A DNA stretch of 63,753 nt, filler included. It is 11 parts of 11 records of this genome, joined end to end, with 100 filler letters (N's around TTAATTAATTAA, not from the genome) between each part and the next. Parts side by side here need not be neighbours in the genome. Positions count along the whole stretch, not along the records: positions 24,717 to 29,769 come from SRR7504441_7415; positions 29,870 to 34,669 come from SRR7504441_7416; positions 34,770 to 44,731 come from SRR7504441_7429; 8 more parts are not named here. One strand, 5' to 3'. Of this stretch, positions 24,617 to 35,194 are shown piece after piece. Within the stretch, counting starts at the first letter, position 1; each line of letters begins with the position of its first letter. Below the pieces are notes generated by a model. It saw only the letters and a list, made by a program, of their open reading frames with translations. It searched no databases and was not told the DNA's origin. The translations under genes and the position numbers were made by a program.

Positions 24617-25069
24617 NNNNNNNNNNNNNNNNNNNNNNNNNNNNNNNNNNNNNNNNNNNNTTAATTAATTAANNNNNNNNNNNNNNNNNNNNNNNNNNNN
24701 NNNNNNNNNNNNNNNNCGGTGACCCAGGCACCCAGCGGATCCCTGCCATACATATAATTATCACCGGCCACCTCGGTGGCGACCGATCGACTCGCCCGTC
24801 TCGCCGGACCTTAGCCGGACCTCTTTGTGGTATTTAAGTTTACTTGATACTAGTGCAAGACAAAAGGATCTTTAATCGTTGTACGATAAAATGTTGTACG
24901 AAAATCGTCGAATCATTCTAGCTACATTCCAGCTTGGCGCTAGATCTAAGAAGCTTTTGTCTTGCATGCGGAACGAGTTAGCACAATGCACTGGCGCTAG
25001 TATCTCCTTTAGCTTCATGTGCACCGAGCGTGCAGCCGTCCAATCGCAATGCGCCGCTAGCCTGCAGAC

Positions 25070-28000
25070 TTACATGTATTCTGCATACTCGAAAGGAGCT
25101 GGCGGTTCTGGCTCCTCGCCCTCGTCCTCGGGCAGTCCTTGGCTAGCCTTGGGCACCACAATCTCGGCTTCCTCATCAGGAGTCGAGTCAGACATCACGA
25201 TGATCCCTGAACCTCTCAGCCGGCTGCTGGTCACCAACGGCGAGTACCTGCGCCTCACGTAAACCTAGCTGGCAGGCCAGGCAAGCGCACCGGGAGTTGG
25301 GATCAAACTGGACAAACTCACGCTGAGCGATCGTGACCCGGGCTGGGTTGTCGAGCGTGACTGAGCTGGCGCCCATGGCAATCCCTTCGGCGGCATGCTC
25401 CAGGTAAGCGCTCACAAACTCCTCCTGCTGGAACTTTTGGTCCTTACCCTTGTCCAGAGCAGCCCACATCTTCGTCCAGCCGCGGTTATCCGTGTCAAAG
25501 AGCGGCTTGAACGCAGCACCCTCAGGGGTGGCCGAGAATTTCTTAATCTCGGCCTTTGTGGTGTGCTCAGCCTTTTCTGTCTTGGTCAGTTCAAAGAGTT
25601 CATTCGCCTGTGGAATGCTCAGCACATTCATGGTCTAGGCTCAACCTTGGCTGTATGCTCTGCTTTGGTCTCTGCCGCGGCATCTTTCTCCTCCTCCTTG
25701 CCGTCCTTATCATCAGGCTTGTCCTTCTCCTTATCTTCAGCCGGCTTGTCGACCTCCATATCGCCAGCTTTGCTCTTCTCCCGCTTCAGGGCTCGCGCCT
25801 TGGCCTTGTCTGTGGTCGAGAGCACAGCTGTGGGTGCAAGCGGTCCGGTCTGCTTCTTCTTCAATTCCTTCTTTGGCGGATAAGCAAACATTGAAGCCTG
25901 CAGCGGGTGAGCCTACAGTGGGCGGGTTTGCAAGCTACCTTTGCATTCGAAACGAGCTGGACTTTAGGCATCTCGAGCTTGTGGTTGAGGCAGATCATTG
26001 ACGTAGGAGAGAGCGAGAGCGAGATCATCGGAATCAGAGGATACCAGTACCTTCACGCCTGCTCAGGGCCGAGCACAGCTACGGGCGCACCAGTATTGAG
26101 AGAAGAGGGCCATGCCAACAATAGAGGACATTTTCTTGTGCCCGGACGGCGCGTGCAGGCTGAGGGTGGCATTGCCACCGCCGGCATTCATAATGCCCAT
26201 CCCGAGGATGCACCCGAACTTGGTCATGCTGTCCTCGTGCTTGTCGCCAGCGATCCTCTCAGTGGTCTCCCTGTACTCTTGCACCTTGGGCTCCTGCACT
26301 TCTGAGCGCTGCACCAGAACCATAGCGAGTGCAATGAACGCCCCTTGGCGGACGAAATCCACCGAGTCCTTTGTGAGTTTCCAGAGCATATCGATTGCAG
26401 CCTTGAGCCCAGTTCCTGCACACGAGAAGCCCAGAGCCATCACTGAGCCGTAACGCACGTGTGGCGAGTAGCTCTCAGCGAGCAGCGCCACGGTGGGAGG
26501 CAGCTGCGCGGGCTGGTTGGACATAACAAAACCAAGGTTGAGCACAGCGGCTCGCCGCACGTCCTCGGAGACGTCGCTCACAGCTACGTGCAACAGCCGT
26601 TGGATGGCGTCGTTGTTGCACGTGCCGGCGTATGCCAGTCCAGTAGCAAACATGGCCCCATATCGGAGAATGTGGTCTTGCTCTCCGGCCAATTCCTCGA
26701 TCATTGGCTCGGCCTCCTCCTCACAGCCGTACATCATCATTGCCAGGCCCATGGCCACGCCACGCACAATCTTCTCGTGAGCGCACTCTTTGGTGAAGCA
26801 ATGCAGCTCTGTTGCCAGTTCGCAGCAGCCACAGCCAAGCATCACAAGCCCAATTGCATACCCTGCAGCCTCGCCAGACACCGCATTCAGCCACTTGTAC
26901 AGCACCACGTCTTTGATTTGATTGGCCAGCGCCAGGTCACCTGTGGCACCCATATAAACCCCAGCCTGCAGCCCAAGCCTTGCCTGTTGCCATTGCAGCC
27001 AGCCCGAGCCCGAGCGACGCCCCATGATGCAGCGTCTCCGCCCCAGCGCCGGCGGCCCCTGCCAGTCGGTTAGGACCGGCCGCGGGCGGGGGCTTGCCCT
27101 CGAGTTGCTCGAGGAGGAACGGGCGGACCGAAGCCCCGTGGCCGGCATTGATGATCCCGAGCGCATAGAGCGCTCCGCCTTCCAGGTACGGGCTGCCGCC
27201 TGTGGCGCCGCTGCCCGGCAGGTAGTCGCGGAGCACGTTCATCCCCTTGGATATGTGCCCCTTGTGGATCATGCCCACGCAGGCAGTGGCTGAGAATTTG
27301 GCCCAGTTGGTCGAACGCTTGAGCCAATCAATGTTCTCACGAAGGAACTCGTCAACTGTGGTGCCACAGTGCATCAGCGCGTTGGCAAACACGGTCCCGT
27401 TGTGCCCGATCGAGTTGCGCATCTCGATCCCGTCCTTGAGTTGATTGAGCAACAACATGTCGGTGTTGTTGTTCCGGAAAAGGAACTCCAGATGCAGCCG
27501 CACCATCGTCTCTCCGGAGAGGATTGTCCGCAGCTTGGCCAGACGCTCCTTGAGCTCGTCAGAGAACTCTTCGCCGCCCGCTTGCTCGGCATACTGCTTC
27601 TCAAAGGCCTCGTCGAGCGGATCCTGAGCGGCTTCCGCGCTGGGCTCGCTGGCAGGCTCCGCAGCTGGCTCTGGTTCTTTGGGCACAGGGAGGGCGGCTG
27701 AGACGCGCTCCATGAAGTAGTGCGCCCCGTTGTCCGAGAGGTCGAATGCGACCTGGAAGGCGAGCAGAGCGTTGTCGAGCGATCCGCGGGCCAGTTTGGC
27801 AAGGATCTCAGCGACAGAGGTGTGGTCCCTAAGCAGCAGCAGGCATTGGCAGATGGCAAAGTAGTCTACCTCAGAGTCCACCTCTCCGCCCACCTGCCCG
27901 GCCAGCTCAGACCCGGCTTCAGCCACAGGGCACCTCTTTGTACAGCCTGACTAGCAGCTCGAGAGCTTTCCTCCGGAAGGCAAGTGACATCGTCACGGAC

Positions 28001-28779
28001 TGAATCACTTCGTAGCAGTAGTTGAGCATTGTAGCCATGCTTCCCGACAGTCTAACCGCTTGCTCCACCCTGCCCGGCCGTCTCGGCCCCTGCTGGCCCG
28101 GCCCGCTGACCTCTCCAGATTCCGCGCCTCTAGCCCGATTCCGACCGCCTGCTTGTAATTTCCCTGGGCAAAGCAGTTTTCAAACATCCGGTCCACGATG
28201 TCCATCAGCCTGCGGCCAGCTTGCCGGGCCATCCGCTAGCCGCGGCACCGAGGGTTGAGCTCGACACTATCGTCGGTGCTTTGGCGGATGTATCGGTCTA
28301 TTATCTTTGAAATCATCGTGTTGACGTACTGAGACTGCTCCGCCACATCGAACAGATCGCTGGCGCCCAGTGCGAAGGTGAGCGCATCGTCGTACTCGCC
28401 AAGGTAGTAGAAGACCTGCCACGGCCCACTGAGGCCCGGGGGAGCTGTCCGAACCACCTTCGAGGCCACAAGCGCGGCCAACTGCCGGCTCTGGAAGCCG
28501 TCGTCTTCGAACAGTTGTTCGATCTTGCTGATCGAGCCCGAGATCTGCCCAGCCCCCTCGCACCCGGGCCCGGCCGGTGGCAAGGCGCCTGCGGCCAGAA
28601 CTCGGGGACCATCGTGTTGAGTTGCTCCAGCGCCCGGGTGCGAAGTTCGGCTGACGCCCCGAACGTGAGGCCGGGCGCGGGGGGGAGGGGGGGTCCGCAC
28701 TTGCAGGCTCGTCCAGCAGCGCCAGGATGCCCCCGGCTGAAGTGAGTAGCGGGCGCGGTGCCAGCTGGGCGGCAGCCAT
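25070..28779 (-). CDS. RPN2: 26S proteasome regulatory subunit Rpn2/PSMD1, about 12 introns
   Basis: LTSAGGILALLDEP, VASKVFYYLGEY, FLRENIDWLKRSTNWAKFSATA, LLHVAVSDVSEDVRRAAV, DFVRQGA, FSQYWYWYPL, LDNPARV, PPAPFEY. Confidence 0.97.
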
Positions 28780-29062
28780 CACTACTGCACGCCGCACAGC
28801 TCGGGTCAGCGTCGGCTCGGTCGGGGCGGCTGGGGGTGGGGCGAGTGGCCGGCCGGGGGACAGGTACCTGCGGGTGCGGCGTCCGGCGCGGTGGGAGCCC
28901 TCCTGCCCCTAGCTGGTCTCGGTGGTGGTCCGGGCACTCGAAAGCAAGCCCGCTTCCCCGACTGACTCGAGTTGAGCAAGCAACGGAACTCTTCAATCAC
29001 CTGAAGGCACAGCCCGCGGGGCGGCCAACCTGACCGGGGTGCAGATAGCCAACAGCGCGGGG

Positions 29063-29491
29063 ATGGACTGGCTCAAAGACGTGAGTGGCTCAAAGACCTG
29101 CCCCGGGTTGACCGGCTGGCCACAGGCGGCGAATTCGTGTGGCGAAGGCCTGAGCAAAGCGGCCAAGGCCACCCAGGAGTTCGGGAAGGAGAAGGACCTG
29201 CAGATGCGGATCTGGGCGGCCGACCGGGCGATCCGGGGCTACAAGAAGGAGTGGGGCGAGGTGCGGGGCCTGCTCCCTGTGGGTCACCGTTGACAGGCGG
29301 CCTACGACCTGGTGATCGACGAGGCCGGCGAAATCAAGCTGGACGACACGCTCAAGGCTGTGAGTGATAAGTTCGCGTCGCTGATCGCCGAGGAGAGGAA
29401 GAAGAAGGCCGAGGCCACCGCCAAGCTCAAAGAAGAGTTCAACAAGGACCCGGAGCCAGACACTGAGGCTAGCAACACCACCCAGGAGTAG
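29063..29491 (+). CDS. Small helical hypothetical protein, 2 introns
   Basis: Spliced MDWLKD/AANSCGEGLSKAAK...KKEWGE/AAYDLVIDE...NTTQE*, canonical short introns. Confidence 0.65.
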
Positions 29492-30702
29492 CCGTTGCGG
29501 CCAGGCCGCAGACGGACCACGGCTTGGGCTGGATGACCACAGGCAGGCCTCACATCGCAGCATTATTGTGAGCCGGTTCTATGCTCCATGGGCTACCTTC
29601 CCTTGCAGTCTACATTCAGTTGTTGACTCGTCGCGTTTCTAAATACGTCAAAGTTATATAATGTAAACAAGATGTATCCCCCTGCGTCTTGTACATATTA
29701 AACCTCAAGGCACCGGGAACGCGGATGCGTGGCCGCCCGCCAAACTCCGGCTATCCGCTGGTCTCAGGTNNNNNNNNNNNNNNNNNNNNNNNNNNNNNNN
29801 NNNNNNNNNNNNNTTAATTAATTAANNNNNNNNNNNNNNNNNNNNNNNNNNNNNNNNNNNNNNNNNNNNCAGGGACCGACCTGGCCAATGGCCTCACGCG
29901 CACCCGCACTAGTACGGGCTCGAGTCGGCGATGTTGCGTTGTAGCTCGTCCCGACCACCACCGAACCAGCCACCGAACCAGCCACCGAACCAGCCATCGA
30001 GTCAGCGGCCGAACTGGACGCATTGGTCGAGGCACAACGGCGTATGTCCGAGAGCGTGGCCGGTCTAGCGCAGCAGCTTCGGCGGGTGCGCGTGGTGCTG
30101 TTGGTGCTCTGTTTCGGAGAGGATGCGCGTGAGAGCGCAACGATTGCTAACGCATCTCCACCGAATCGGGTGCGGCTGCCGCCACGGCCGACGAACCGGG
30201 TGCACCGAAGACTCACCACTTTGTTGGAGTGTCTTGATCTTCTTCTCCAAGAGACAGCCCACGAGCAAGAAGGGCGATATCTTTTCCTTTCATCATCCAG
30301 CTCATGTAAATAGGTTGTGGGGGTGGGCACCACTCAATCACATCCGGGTGTGGCATAACCAATTTGTCTGTATACCGGTTCCAATATACGATAGTATGCT
30401 GGAAACCGAGAAGTTTATCCAGTTCGATTGAGGTTGCTTTGTGTAGCATCCACCTAAGTACTTAGCTCTATATATGCCCAGCGCAGCCTGCTCAAGTAGT
30501 CGAGCATTCAAGTACTAGGCCAGCTACAACCATGTCCCGTCGCCTGCCACAGCCTAATGGCTAGAGCGAAGAGACCCACATGCGAGCGAGCGAGAGCGAC
30601 GCGGGGTGCATGACTTATCGAGGCTTGCAATTGATTTCTTTTTCTTTTTTGCCAGCTGCCCGATTAACGCTCCCGCAGCGCGGCAAGGCGCGCGAGACAG
30701 CA

Positions 30703-32681
30703 ATGGCCACTCCACTGGAGCGGCGGCTGCTGAAGAAGAAGGCCGAGGCCGAGCGGGCGGCCCGTCCAGCCGCGCCGGCCCCACCCAAGCACCGGATGGG
30801 CGACTCCGAGCTCAAGAAGGAAGCAGTAAAGTCCGGCTTCTTCGCCCGTCCTGCTCCATCTAAAAAGTCGTTCGAACAGCTGTTTCCCAAGCAGAAGAAG
30901 TCCGCTGGGCCGGCCGTGAACAAAGGGTTCCTGTTCGCCAAGAAGGACGCCCGGAAGCGCCAGGGCAAACCTGCAGTCACCAAGCCGGCCACAGAGAAGG
31001 GACAGCCAGACTTCTTCGAGGGCGCCGAGGACGAGTTTGAGGTGAAAGCGGAGGCCTCGGGGAACCGGAACGGCCTGGGCCTGTTCACGCTGCGTCCGTT
31101 GGCCCCGGGGGAGGTATTTCTAACGGAATCGGCCCTGCTCTCGTTCAGGGAGCGCGACATGGACCCCGAGGACGAGCGGCTGGACAAGCTAACGACGGTG
31201 TCCGTTGGCAGTAACGGACGCGGAGCGGTGGCAGGTGTTCGCCAAACATGAATTCGAGCAGATGGGAATGTACAAGCGGGCGCTTGTGGCTTACTGCGAC
31301 GCTCTGCGGTTCGTAAGACGGCGGATCGCGACGCTTTATCACCCCGACGTGCTAGATCAGCTGCACAGGAACCCTCAATTCGCCAAGCTGCTCGACCTGG
31401 TGCGGATCCCAACGGACTTTAACGGAATTTAACGGAAATTGGGCGGCAGGTGAAGGACGTGCACCGGTTGGACGAGTGGAGCGAGTTTGCTGAGAAGGAT
31501 CTGACTCACATGCTGCTCACCTGTGCGCCGCCCAACGGACTTTAACGGACTTTAACGGACGTTTCGGGGGCAGGTGACTACTGCGGGACCGAGGGGCAGC
31601 TGTTCAATCTGCACACGCGGCTGCAGCACTCTTGTGATCCGAACGTTGTTTACAGAGTCACCGAGGAGGGGATCGCACACTTTGCGGTCAAGCGAATCAG
31701 GAAGGGAGACGAGCTGTTTGTGCACTACGGCCAGCACACCATGTTTGACTTCTCGTTCTCGATGGGCCCCACCGTCATGCGCCGCGCGCGGATTCTTCAA
31801 CTGAAACAGTTCTCGTGCAAGTGCGAACGGTGCATTCAGCCGGTACACGCAGCACGGAATCTAACGGCATCTAACGGCATTTAACGGACACAGGTGGACG
31901 CGGCTCGGTCGCTCCCGTGCCCGGATTGCCGGAATACCTGCCAGTGCGAGTTGATCATGGCCAGGAAGGAGGACGAGGAGATCGGCACGTTCCGATGGTC
32001 CGGAGTCGCGCACTAACTGTTTCTAACTGTATTTTAACGGCAGGTCTTGCGAGGAGGACAAGTCGGCGCTAGCCTCGATGGACGTCAAGCAGCAGTGCGG
32101 CAAGTGCTGGACCCAGGAGATGCTGTCGGAGCTTCTGGAGGACGAGACAGCGTTCGTAAAGACAGGTCGAGCGCTATTCTCGCGGCACAAACCTGAGCAT
32201 GTTGGCAGTTGTGATGGAACTCGAGGATAACTGTCCCAACAAGCGGTCCCCGGACCAGCTGGCCACTCTGCTGGCCGACTGCCGCGACTCACTCGGTTTC
32301 GAGACAGTTTAGTGCGCTGAGCCCTGAGCGAGGGGTTGGTTAGGCGAGAACCACTGGGCTACCCAGGCTGTCACGATCGCGTGCATTCGGGACCTGACTG
32401 GCGTGCCCGAATCGCAACGGTCAATCACAACGGAACAGCTGCTGAGCATGGGCGAGCGGCTGCTGCGCTGGTTCTCCGTGAATCAAAAAGGGAGTGTTTT
32501 CCACGCGAGGGCCGCAGCACTCGTGCAAGCTCTTAACAAGAGTGTCGATATTCCTATGGAGCTATCCGATAGCCACTTGGAGACGCTGAGTGCGCTGATG
32601 CTGATGCGCGAGGAGGCGGCGCTGCCGGATTTGCTGGAACGGTCTAAAGAGAAGATTCGGCTCGACTCTGATTTGGACTAG
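30703..32681 (+). CDS. SMYD-like SET-domain methyltransferase, 7 introns
   Basis: GLGLFTLRPLAPGEVFLTE; RLQHSCDPN; IRKGDELFVHY; post-SET FSCKCERC; LGENHW. Confidence 0.85.
31400..32043 (+). repeat. Intronic 10-bp tandem arrays with a YAAC[G/T]G core in four consecutive introns
   Basis: 31411-31440, 31534-31560, 31853-31888 and 32013-32040. Confidence 0.9.
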
Positions 32682-32841
32682 ATTTAGTGCTGGATGAGCC
32701 GATTATCAGGCCTCACAATAAATTATTATAAAGATCTATATCGCTCCATTGCAATGCTCCGGTCACGTGGCCTAGGCTCGACTTCACGGATAAATGTATT
32801 TATATATATCGCTCCATTTACAGTTACTGACTAGTTATTGA

Positions 32842-34608
32842 CTACGCGCGGCAGCTCCGCAGCACAGCTCCCCAGACGGTGTCGGGGCCCGAGTCCCAGC
32901 CAAGGAAGCACCCACCCAACTCGGTGATCTCACCCACCCAGACCTGTCGCCCTCTAACGGCATCCTAACGGCATCAGCACCTCGGCTTGGCCTGGCCCGG
33001 ACCGTCGGACCATGAAGTCGAATCGGATCACGGTCAGCGGGGAAGCACTCTCCGTCCGCTGGCCGCGGATTAATTCATAATCAGCGTTAATTAATCGGCG
33101 CACCAGCCAGAGCAGCAGCTTGTTGGATAAAACGGTCGCCTGGCCTAACCGTCGCTTGGTTACTATTCTTAGTAATCACCTGGCGCTCTGCGTCGGCCAG
33201 CGCTAACTCGTCGCCTTCAAATTCTCCGAGGATAGCATCGGACCTTCAAGCCAGCAGGTTAATTATAACACACCAACAGCAGCATTTTGGGCACCGGGCC
33301 AGCCGCCGGAAGTCACGCAGCTTATTCTCGTGATCCACCCTGAGCCCAAATTCAAATTCAAATTCAAATTCGAATCGTGCGAACCGCTCAAACTGTGTGT
33401 AGAGGATCTTCTTTGGCGCCACCTGCACTTAGCTCAGTTTGACCTATTGTCAACCGATTGTGCTGCCTCCACCAACTTGCCGTCAACAGACAGCTGCCAA
33501 CGACATAACCGTCAGCAATTAAACCAGTTCAAACTGATCAAACCTCCGGCTCCACGAAAAAGCACCGGAGTTCCAGATCGAAACGGACCCACTCCTGTCA
33601 CCAACGGTGAGTGATTCACGTAATCCTACCTACCTGAACAATAACCGAATCGCCCAGCGAGAGCGGCTGACAGGCCAGCGATCGGAGCCCTCGCGCCTAC
33701 AGCTCACTTATCAATAAAACAGATTAATCACTCGATTAGCACAAACCAGCCCGGTGATATCGTCGAATACTCGAACGTCCATCGCTTCCCACGAAAAGCC
33801 CAACTTGACCACTCCACGCACCTCAACAGGCACTGAGCCCGCCCCCGCGCCCCGACCCACCGCATCCGGTCCGAACCGGTCGCTTTGGGTCGGGTTATCC
33901 GCCCTGGAGAGCCGGATAAGTCTGAGGGCTTCGACTGCGAGCTCGGCGGCGGCAGCGGCGTCGTGGATGACAGCGCCTGCACAGGCTGGCGGCGGGTGTT
34001 GGTGTTGATGCCTCTGCTGAGCTTGGTGGTGGCAGGAATCCGGAGCCCGGGGGTCAGGCAGAGATGTGCCGACCTGTGGCGCCAACGGATTGGATTAAAT
34101 AGTGTTAAGAGTGTTAATTACCAGTCTTTCGAGAGCAAAAGCCGGTACAGGTGCGCTGGGTGAGGGAACTGACACACTCCGTAACAACCAAATCCCAACC
34201 GCCATTCACAATGCCGTTAAAACAGGCCAGCATGTCATTATCATTATCATGCACCCCGCGGGCACCTTGGTCTGTATTCCCGAAGCTTCCATCGAGCTCA
34301 TCAGCTGTAGCTGAGTCGCAGCATCGACGTAGCTGCGCCACCGGTTAGCTCCCAACAGCCCTAATCCACCCACCCGGGCATGTCCGCGCAGTCCTGAAAC
34401 GAGGACGGCCACAGGAAATAGAGCCCAACTCGCCTGGCATCATGGCAGTGAACACTTACTCGCAAGTGCGGCGCCCCACCGGTGGCCCGAGCACATATGG
34501 AGGAGAGTAGGAGGGTGAATCCTGGCCTGAAAATAAACAAATAAACAATCAATCAATCAAATCACGCCGGACCAGATCAGCCGATCGGCGCACAAACACT
34601 GTGACCAC
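32842..34608 (-). CDS. ATP-grasp-fold-like protein, 16 introns, 5'-truncated
   Basis: Manual splicing gives one continuous frame: GIQTKFPHPAHLYRLLLSKDW, GVVKLGFSWEAMDV, VIVQEWVRFDLELRCFF, IRFDFMV, VWVGEITELG, then TAG at 32842-32844. Confidence 0.8.
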
Positions 34609-35194
34609 CTGCCAGAAGAAAGAACACCGGTCAAGCCCGATTTAATTTAATCCGATGCGCGTGCCTCGTNNNNNNNNNNNNNNNNNNNNNNNNNNNNNNN
34701 NNNNNNNNNNNNNTTAATTAATTAANNNNNNNNNNNNNNNNNNNNNNNNNNNNNNNNNNNNNNNNNNNNCCGGGCGGATTCCAACAACGACGGGGTGCTA
34801 TCGCCTGTGGAAGTGGCAGCTTGGCAGGACATGCTGAGGAACTCGACTTCAAACTACGCCGCGGGGGTTGACCCCGAGAAGGGCCAGCTGCTGGTGGTGG
34901 ACGGCGACGGCGATATGGGGCGTTCATCTCAGCGATCCATGGGGCGTTCATCTCAGCGATCCATGATGTAAAATTGGTTGCAGCCTATTGTAACTGACCT
35001 GATCATAGATAGGATTAAAACGCTGACTATTTCATGGATTGTATGTCAGGCTGCTTCCAATGTCCTGCACTTGCCGTCAATCGAGTCAGTGTATTAACAG
35101 TTCGCCAACTGTATATACAGTATAACCTCTATAGGTACAGTTCGTATTGTAGTCCAATAAAACAAATTCTACGGATCGATCGGTGTCCTGAAGC

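Noticed and set aside
21303-28779. Alternative genetic code, readthrough or programmed frameshifting to explain broken ORFs
   Set aside because: Breaks are resolved by short GT/GC-AG introns, and TAA, TAG and TGA all end genes (e.g. RBX1, HMG box, PAM16).
29870-30530. Possible minus-strand gene or decayed element; likewise 3240-4230, 6840-7300, 20520-21018, 50250-50714 and 56270-56500
   Set aside because: Some intron-like intervals, but I could not build a convincing frame or recognise a family.
32924-32977. Plus-strand GT..AG interval holding the CTAACGGCATC repeat as a sense intron
   Set aside because: The flanks encode a coherent minus-strand ATP-grasp C-terminus, so the intron is 32944-32980 on the minus strand.
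34915-34962. Exact 24-bp tandem duplication
   Set aside because: Two copies with no spacer near a contig end; a simple duplication or assembly artefact.
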